64,000 nt of DNA from Cyanobacteria bacterium auto_48_18 (GTDB lineage Bacteria; Cyanobacteriota; Vampirovibrionia; Obscuribacterales; Obscuribacteraceae), in assembly GCA_036170915.1 (NCBI GenBank), contig JAVHQC010000026.1, forward strand, positions 32,001-96,000, given 5' to 3'. Positions 58,323 through 64,000 of the stretch are shown one piece after another. The notes under the pieces were generated by a model, which made no database searches, had not been told where the DNA came from, and saw only the letters and a program-made list of their open reading frames with translations. Position numbers and translations under genes: made by a program. The first letter of the stretch is position 1; each line of letters opens with the position of its first letter.

Positions 58323-61300
58323 TTGAAGGACGAGCTGCCAGATTTAACACCTTACTTGAGTAAGAAAGGTGGCAATAGCCAGAGCAAAGGGTCTGATAAT
58401 CCTCCTGGTAAGGCTGATATTTCCTCAAAACTTTCTGCTCTTGTGAAGAAAACGGGGTCGTTTAATGCCGTCAGTGACGAGGCTAATGCCGATGCTGAAG
58501 CAAATCTTGTTGCCAGCGACGATAGTTTAGAAGCGCCCATCAGTCACGAACAAAGTTACCAGTCGGGAGCCGCTACCGGCACTGCGCCAGGGTCTTCGCC
58601 TGCGGCTGCTTCATCTGCCTGGGCCAATATCGGTGCTGAAGCTCAAGCCGCGTCCGCACCTGCAGCTGCTGATAATAAAAAAGAAGCCTGGATGGTGCAG
58701 AATCCAGAAACTATAGACAATAGACAAGACACATCTCCGGAGCCGTCAGCGCCATATGAACAAGCTGCGCAGCCTGCAAGTGGCAGCAGCTCGTCAAGTT
58801 GGGAGCAGATTGATTCGTTTTCTGCTTCAGCACGCACCGATATAGACAAGGAAGACGAATTTAACTCGCCACCACAGGCGGTGAATGAGTCGGCCGGAAC
58901 TTCTTCTTCCGGCGCATCAGGCTTTGGTGCCTCCGGCACATTTTCTACTCGTCCAGGGGCTCGACCTGGTGCTGGTCTAGATAAATTCAAGGCTCCGCAA
59001 GCGCGGCCAATGAATACACTTTCATCAGGTGCCAGCCCAGTGCTCAAGACACCACCGAAAGAACCAGGGCGTGCGCCAGCACCATATGGCTTTGCTGCCA
59101 ATGAAGCGCCGAAATCAGCACCGGCAAAACCAACTACTGCTGGTCAACCTGCTTCAGTCAATGCCAGTTCTTCAGGCAGCAATATCATTGCCCAGCCAGC
59201 AAAGGCTCGCACTGGCGAACAGACGAAAGATGTTCGCAAGGAAGATGTTCGCAAGGAAGAAGCTCGTCGAGCTGATCCGCCACCGTCGTGGCCTGCCCAA
59301 CCCACCTCACCTCCACGCGTGACAGAAAAAGTCGAACCTCAACCTGCTCCAGTTAAGGCCGGACCTCCCACAACTACACCTTTTTCACAGCCCTCTCAAA
59401 CTCCACCACCGTCGGCACCTCCTGCTGCACCGGTAGAAAGTGAAGCGCAAATTCTTGCCCGAGCCTTTATGGAAGAAGCCAAAGCACTTGAAGCTGAGCG
59501 GCCTGAGACGAGGTTTGAAGACCACCAGTCGGCTCCTGCCGAAGCAGTTTCGAGCACCAATCTTGGTGCACTGTTTGCCGCTGAAAAATTGTCAGAGTCT
59601 GAGGCGGCTGGCGAAAGTAGTTCTGCCCCAGAGATATCTCCTTCTCCATCTCCATATATGATGGATGATGAGGCGCCGAAACGGTCGCTTGGATTTGGTA
59701 ATCTGCTGGCAACTGCTGCCGCTGATCCATCTCAATCGTCTAAGCACAGCACGCTGGCAGATTTGATGGTGCCCACTGGTGAGCACCAAACATTGTTTGC
59801 CCCTGATCGCCGAACTGAGCAAGGTGAAGATCAGCTCTCACCATTCGACGAAGTTCCAGCTCAACCAAGCGATGAACCGATAAGACTTGATAATTCAGTG
59901 GCGGCAAGTGCTCCAGCGTTTTCTGCGCTTTTCAGCACCGAAATTGTCACCTCTGGGGACGACTTTAGTAAAGGATTTCCGCCGCAAGACAATGATGATT
60001 TTAATAGCGGTGGCGATTTAGGCACCGATCAGTTCTCCTTTGGTGCTGAGCCGGTATCTGCAGAAACCCCTATGGCGTCAAGATCAGATGTAATCAGCAA
60101 GTTGATGGAAGCCGTCAACCAACCGGCACCAGCGGCTCAGTCGGTAGATAATGCGCACGGTGACAGCGATATGCCTGATGATTTTTCGGGTAATTTTGCT
60201 AACAATTTCACCGGAACCGGAAATGATGCACCAAATAATGATTTTACTACTGATAATTTCCCTGAAAGTAATTTAGACGACATGCGCACGGCCGACACCA
60301 TGTTTGGCAGCGGCGGGTCAAACAAAGGTAGTCACGAAGAACTTGCTGCCGCTGACGCCGTATTTGGTGCCGTGGCCGACCTCGGAGCCCCTGCTGAATC
60401 TGAATTTAGCGCTGCGTCGACTGATTTCAACTCAGAGCCTAAATTTGAAACTAGCTCTCAAGCCAAACCTGAGGCACCAGTACCGGTGCTCGACATTGAC
60501 GCCTTGCCAATGGCGTTTGGTGATTCCACCAATTTTGAACAAATTCGTTTGGAAGACATCAAAGCTTACAAGAAGGCGGCAAAACTCAAAGCAGCTGAAG
60601 AAGCTAGAGCCGCCGAAGCGGCGAAGAATGCCAGTGCGGGCCAGGCCGCCCAAACAGATAATGCTGCAGAGGCTGCGCCTAAACTATCTTTGACCGAGAT
60701 GATTGATCAGGCCAACGCCGCCAAGCTTGAGCAAGTTAACGATAAAGCACCCGAAGGTAGAAAACCAGCTGGTGCCCAATCGTCGCTATCTTCATTGCTT
60801 GCGGGTGGTGATGATTTAGACGAAGTTGCTGCACCTGCTGCAAACACTGCACCTGATGAAGACGAAGAAGATAGTCTCGGTGGGGCGATTTCTGACGCGC
60901 TAGATAAACTCTTGAACGACGCACAACCAGAGGGCGATACTAAATCTAGTGTGGTCTCAGGCGGCCTTTCAAAACTTCTCTCCAACAGCTCCGACCAATC
61001 ACAGAGAGACTTGGTAGCACCAGCAGCTGCGTCCGCGGCTACGTCGATGGACAGAGTGCCTGCTGCGGCCGATGAACCGATGACTAATACACAAGCAAAT
61101 AAAGTTGACGCTCTTTCGCGTCTATTGGAAGTAGCAAGTAAAGCACCACACAAATCTGCTGAAGATAAACGTCGCCCCAGCGATTCTGCTTCTAAGCTTG
61201 CCGCTGAAATCAACAAACCACCAGGCAAAATCAGCAGGCAAGTAGATGTTCTCAGTGCGCCTGATTATCTTAATCAAGGTAAGAACGCAGAGCCTGTGCC

Positions 61301-62249
61301 ACCATCATTCGGTGGTGGTCCATCGCCTTTTACATCACCATTTACCTCGCCTTCGGCCACACACAACAGACAAGCAAGCCAGGGGGCTGACCCGTTGCCT
61401 ACTAATCCTTATGCGTCACCTTCCGAAATGCCGCAAGCGACTATTTCAAATGATGCGGTCAGTGCAAGAATTGCTGCTCTCAATCGCAAACTGGAAGAAG
61501 GCAGTCGCTCACCCACAGCTTCGGCCATGAATATTGAAGCCATGAATCAAGCGCAATCTCAATCTCAAATGGGTACGGCCACAGGAACAGGTAGCTCACC
61601 TTCTGTGAATAGTTTGAGTCAACTGCCATCACAAGTTGATGACTCACCTTCTACTCGAGCTGAGCTTGTTAATCGCATTTTGGGCTCGGCAAAAATATCA
61701 CAACATGGTACCAAGATACCTGATACTGCCAGTAGAACCGTGGCAGATGCAGTGGTTAGTGCTGATCAAGTCAATGCTATTCGTTCTGCCAAAGGTGCCA
61801 AGCCTGGTCGTGAAAATGCTCCTAATCGGCCAAGGGCGCGAGTCTCACGCATGCCCGGTTTTGATCCTAGACCACTAATTGCCATCGCTATTGTCCTCTG
61901 TGTGCTAGGTGGTGGTGGCTATTACGCTATTCAAAATAACATCATCAAACTGAACTTCCCTGCGATAAAACCCAGTGTTGAAGCCAAACTCACGGTTGAT
62001 CAAATGATCAAGTCTGGTGATCTGGATCGAGCGCGCGAAGTTTTAGAAGCTAAAGTCAAAAGCGGAAAAATCACCAACTCGGAAGCTGAAAAGCTCTACA
62101 ACGTCTACTATCAGCAGGCCGACAAAATTGGCGGTGATGATGCCAGTGAAGCACTTAAGTTATTAGACAAAATCCCCAGCCGATCTAAGAAGTACAAAGA
62201 TGCTCAAAAGCTTGTGCGTAAGCTTAAGAAGAAGGTGAAGAAGAACTGA
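58323..62249 (+). CDS. 1308-aa intrinsically disordered protein with C-terminal TM helix and TPR-like extracytoplasmic domain
   Basis: A/S/P/D-rich low complexity; TM LIAIAIVLCVLGGGGYYAI; GAGGAAG upstream of TTG. Confidence 0.8.
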   Translation: MKDELPDLTPYLSKKGGNSQSKGSDNPPGKADISSKLSALVKKTGSFNAVSDEANADAEANLVASDDSLEAPISHEQSYQSGAATGTAPGSSPAAASSAWANIGAEAQAASAPAAADNKKEAWMVQNPETIDNRQDTSPEPSAPYEQAAQPASGSSSSSWEQIDSFSASARTDIDKEDEFNSPPQAVNESAGTSSSGASGFGASGTFSTRPGARPGAGLDKFKAPQARPMNTLSSGASPVLKTPPKEPGRAPAPYGFAANEAPKSAPAKPTTAGQPASVNASSSGSNIIAQPAKARTGEQTKDVRKEDVRKEEARRADPPPSWPAQPTSPPRVTEKVEPQPAPVKAGPPTTTPFSQPSQTPPPSAPPAAPVESEAQILARAFMEEAKALEAERPETRFEDHQSAPAEAVSSTNLGALFAAEKLSESEAAGESSSAPEISPSPSPYMMDDEAPKRSLGFGNLLATAAADPSQSSKHSTLADLMVPTGEHQTLFAPDRRTEQGEDQLSPFDEVPAQPSDEPIRLDNSVAASAPAFSALFSTEIVTSGDDFSKGFPPQDNDDFNSGGDLGTDQFSFGAEPVSAETPMASRSDVISKLMEAVNQPAPAAQSVDNAHGDSDMPDDFSGNFANNFTGTGNDAPNNDFTTDNFPESNLDDMRTADTMFGSGGSNKGSHEELAAADAVFGAVADLGAPAESEFSAASTDFNSEPKFETSSQAKPEAPVPVLDIDALPMAFGDSTNFEQIRLEDIKAYKKAAKLKAAEEARAAEAAKNASAGQAAQTDNAAEAAPKLSLTEMIDQANAAKLEQVNDKAPEGRKPAGAQSSLSSLLAGGDDLDEVAAPAANTAPDEDEEDSLGGAISDALDKLLNDAQPEGDTKSSVVSGGLSKLLSNSSDQSQRDLVAPAAASAATSMDRVPAAADEPMTNTQANKVDALSRLLEVASKAPHKSAEDKRRPSDSASKLAAEINKPPGKISRQVDVLSAPDYLNQGKNAEPVPPSFGGGPSPFTSPFTSPSATHNRQASQGADPLPTNPYASPSEMPQATISNDAVSARIAALNRKLEEGSRSPTASAMNIEAMNQAQSQSQMGTATGTGSSPSVNSLSQLPSQVDDSPSTRAELVNRILGSAKISQHGTKIPDTASRTVADAVVSADQVNAIRSAKGAKPGRENAPNRPRARVSRMPGFDPRPLIAIAIVLCVLGGGGYYAIQNNIIKLNFPAIKPSVEAKLTVDQMIKSGDLDRAREVLEAKVKSGKITNSEAEKLYNVYYQQADKIGGDDASEALKLLDKIPSRSKKYKDAQKLVRKLKKKVKKN

Positions 62250-62250
62250 G

Positions 62251-63792
62251 ATGAAGCTCTGTCTTCAGTGTAACACTCACTTCCAAGGTGACTTTGAGCA
62301 ATGTCCTGACGACGGTGCCAAACTCATTGCAGTGCCTGATGATCCGGTCATCGGTAAGGTTTTGGGAGAGAAATATCGCATTCTTTGCCCTGTGGGCAAA
62401 GGCTCAATGGGTGTTGTTTACAAGGCCATACAAGAGTCTACAGGCCGTGAAATGGCAGTCAAGTTGCTGCACCATTTTCTTGGCACAAATTCTGATTCGG
62501 TGAAGAGATTCCACCGCGAAGCCAAGGCAGTCAGTCGGCTCAGTCATCCTAATATCATTCGGCTTTATGATTTCGGTGTCATGGATGAAGGGCAACCTTA
62601 TATCGTCACTGAGCTACTTAATGGTGTCACCCTGTCTGACATTTTACGTAAACGAGGTTTTGTCAATCTCAATCAGGCCCTGCCTTTATTTGAACAAGTT
62701 TGTGCTGCCATCGGTGAAGCGCATCGCAGCCGAGTAATTCACCGAGATCTCAAACCTGAAAACATCGTCATGGAAGAAGTTGATATCAACGGCAATTTAG
62801 ATGCTCCTGATCTAATCAAGAAAAATGCCATCCGCGTGCTCGACTTTGGTGTGGCGAAAATGTGGACCGAATCTGGTGCCACTTCTGCTTCACTGACAAT
62901 CGAAGGCAAAGTCTGTGGTTCTCCAGCTTATATGAGCCCTGAGCAATGTCGTGGCGTAGACGTCGACTATCGTACCGATATCTATTCTATGGGCGTTGTC
63001 TTTTTTGAGACGCTTACGGGTAAAAGACCATTTGCAGCGGATGATTTAATGGCTTTGATGTTGATGCACGTCAATAATCAAGCACCATCTATGGGGTCAG
63101 TCAACGAGAAAGTGACTTTTCCTAAAGAGATCAATGACGTAATTATGAAGGCCATGGCCAAGAACCCTAACGAGCGGCAGCAAAGCGCCGAAGAACTTTG
63201 GGAAGACATTCAAGCGGCGTGCAATGGTCGGCAGAAAACAGTCACTGTGGCTCCACCAGAGAACTGGATTCCGTTTCAAGGTAAAGGTGGCCTGGTATTT
63301 CGCACCACTGAAGACGGCACAGCTTCACTGGAGACATCGGACAGCTATTCAACCTTGAGCAATCCGAATGCCATTCTTGATTGGATTCCACCGGTACCTT
63401 CTACCGACAACACTAAAAACCGTAAGGGCAGCAATAAGACCATGATGGTGGTACGCGCCCTCTTTCTTGGTGTGCTGGTAGTAGCTGGTTTCTATCAATT
63501 TAGTGTTTACCTCAAGGCCAATGACGAAGCTAAGAATGCTTCGATCTTGATCAGTCGTGGCAAGTGCGAAGAAGGCGTAATTGTGCTTGAGCGCTTGCAA
63601 AGAGAGAATAAACTACAACCTGAATATAACGAAACTCTGGCTGACGCTTATGTTCAGATGGCGATGCAATATGCAAAAATTGGCAACTACAACCGTTCAG
63701 TAGACTTGCTTAAGAAAGTACCAGCAAAGGCCAAGGCTGCCACGCAGGCCCAGCAATTACTGAGGCGCTATTCGCCCCGCATACGCAGTTAA
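62251..63792 (+). CDS. Membrane-anchored Hanks-type Ser/Thr kinase with TPR-like C-terminus
   Basis: CxxC..CPxD; GKGSMG, HRDLKPEN, DFG, YMSPEQ; TM ALFLGVLVVAGFYQF. Confidence 0.93.
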   Translation: MKLCLQCNTHFQGDFEQCPDDGAKLIAVPDDPVIGKVLGEKYRILCPVGKGSMGVVYKAIQESTGREMAVKLLHHFLGTNSDSVKRFHREAKAVSRLSHPNIIRLYDFGVMDEGQPYIVTELLNGVTLSDILRKRGFVNLNQALPLFEQVCAAIGEAHRSRVIHRDLKPENIVMEEVDINGNLDAPDLIKKNAIRVLDFGVAKMWTESGATSASLTIEGKVCGSPAYMSPEQCRGVDVDYRTDIYSMGVVFFETLTGKRPFAADDLMALMLMHVNNQAPSMGSVNEKVTFPKEINDVIMKAMAKNPNERQQSAEELWEDIQAACNGRQKTVTVAPPENWIPFQGKGGLVFRTTEDGTASLETSDSYSTLSNPNAILDWIPPVPSTDNTKNRKGSNKTMMVVRALFLGVLVVAGFYQFSVYLKANDEAKNASILISRGKCEEGVIVLERLQRENKLQPEYNETLADAYVQMAMQYAKIGNYNRSVDLLKKVPAKAKAATQAQQLLRRYSPRIRS

Positions 63793-64000
63793 TCTAATTG
63801 ATTTTGCAGCGCTAATATTGTTTCTTTGACCGCTGCCGCCGACACTGGTCGCTCTTCTTCGTTTTGTGCCGTCAGCTTTTGCACCAGTTGGTCAAGACCG
63901 GTTGACAGTGATGCCGTCATCTGTTTTGGTGATGACTGCGAAAGTGGTTCAGGATCACGACCAGTGAGCAGATAAAATATGGTAGCGCCAAAACCATAGA
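63789..64000 (-). CDS. C-terminal fragment of a third Ser/Thr kinase (truncated by the window edge)
   Basis: Manual translation YGFGATIFYLLTGRDPEP...LDQLVQKLT.QNEEERP matches kinase subdomains IX-XI; stop overlaps the convergent kinase stop (TTAA). Confidence 0.75.
   Translation of the reverse strand, partial: YGFGATIFYLLTGRDPEPLSQSSPKQMTASLSTGLDQLVQKLTAQNEEERPVSAAAVKETILALQNQLD

Noticed and set aside
1..64000. Prophage, IS, integron, tRNA/rRNA or canonical defence island
   Set aside because: No integrase, transposase, phage structural, RT or cas motifs, and no tRNA-like cloverleaf recognised in the intergenic regions; composition looks uniform by eye.

Overview
Gene-dense, mostly core-chromosomal segment of a Gram-negative (LPS-making) bacterium, with about 60 CDS. 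I recognised no rRNA, tRNA, CRISPR array, transposase or integrase. The cyanobacteria-like SecG, Cys-rich NurA, rsmA-ispE linkage, futalosine-pathway MqnE, CxxC-capped Ser/Thr kinases and absence of photosynthesis genes suggest a non-photosynthetic relative of Cyanobacteria (Vampirovibrionia/Melainabacteria, Obscuribacterales-like); this is inference, not a database result. Recognisable content: secG-menG-lpxB-msbA operon, type II sulfide:quinone oxidoreductase, YqgF/RuvX, SixA, two acyl-CoA synthetases, CutA, MscS, an AttEFGH-like ABC exporter, corC-rsmA-ispE-nth operon, surE, ATL, beta-carbonic anhydrase, NurA, RimJ, MqnE, DprA and three Hanks kinases. The most unusual items are: (i) a soluble kinase plus a 1308-aa disordered membrane protein that together reproduce the architecture of the adjacent paralogous receptor kinase, (ii) a fusion of a nucleoside-deoxyribosyltransferase-like domain with a degenerate amidohydrolase-like domain, (iii) a membrane-anchored SF2 helicase, (iv) an ATPase-less Clp-N protein, (v) a NurA without a neighbouring HerA, divergent from an HTH-zinc-ribbon gene, (vi) a pseudo-Hpt and a pseudo-receiver, (vii) a Q/N/Y prion-like repeat in a TPR-PDZ protein, and (viii) two candidate structured non-coding leaders. 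All family calls are by-eye motif recognition; no searches were run.
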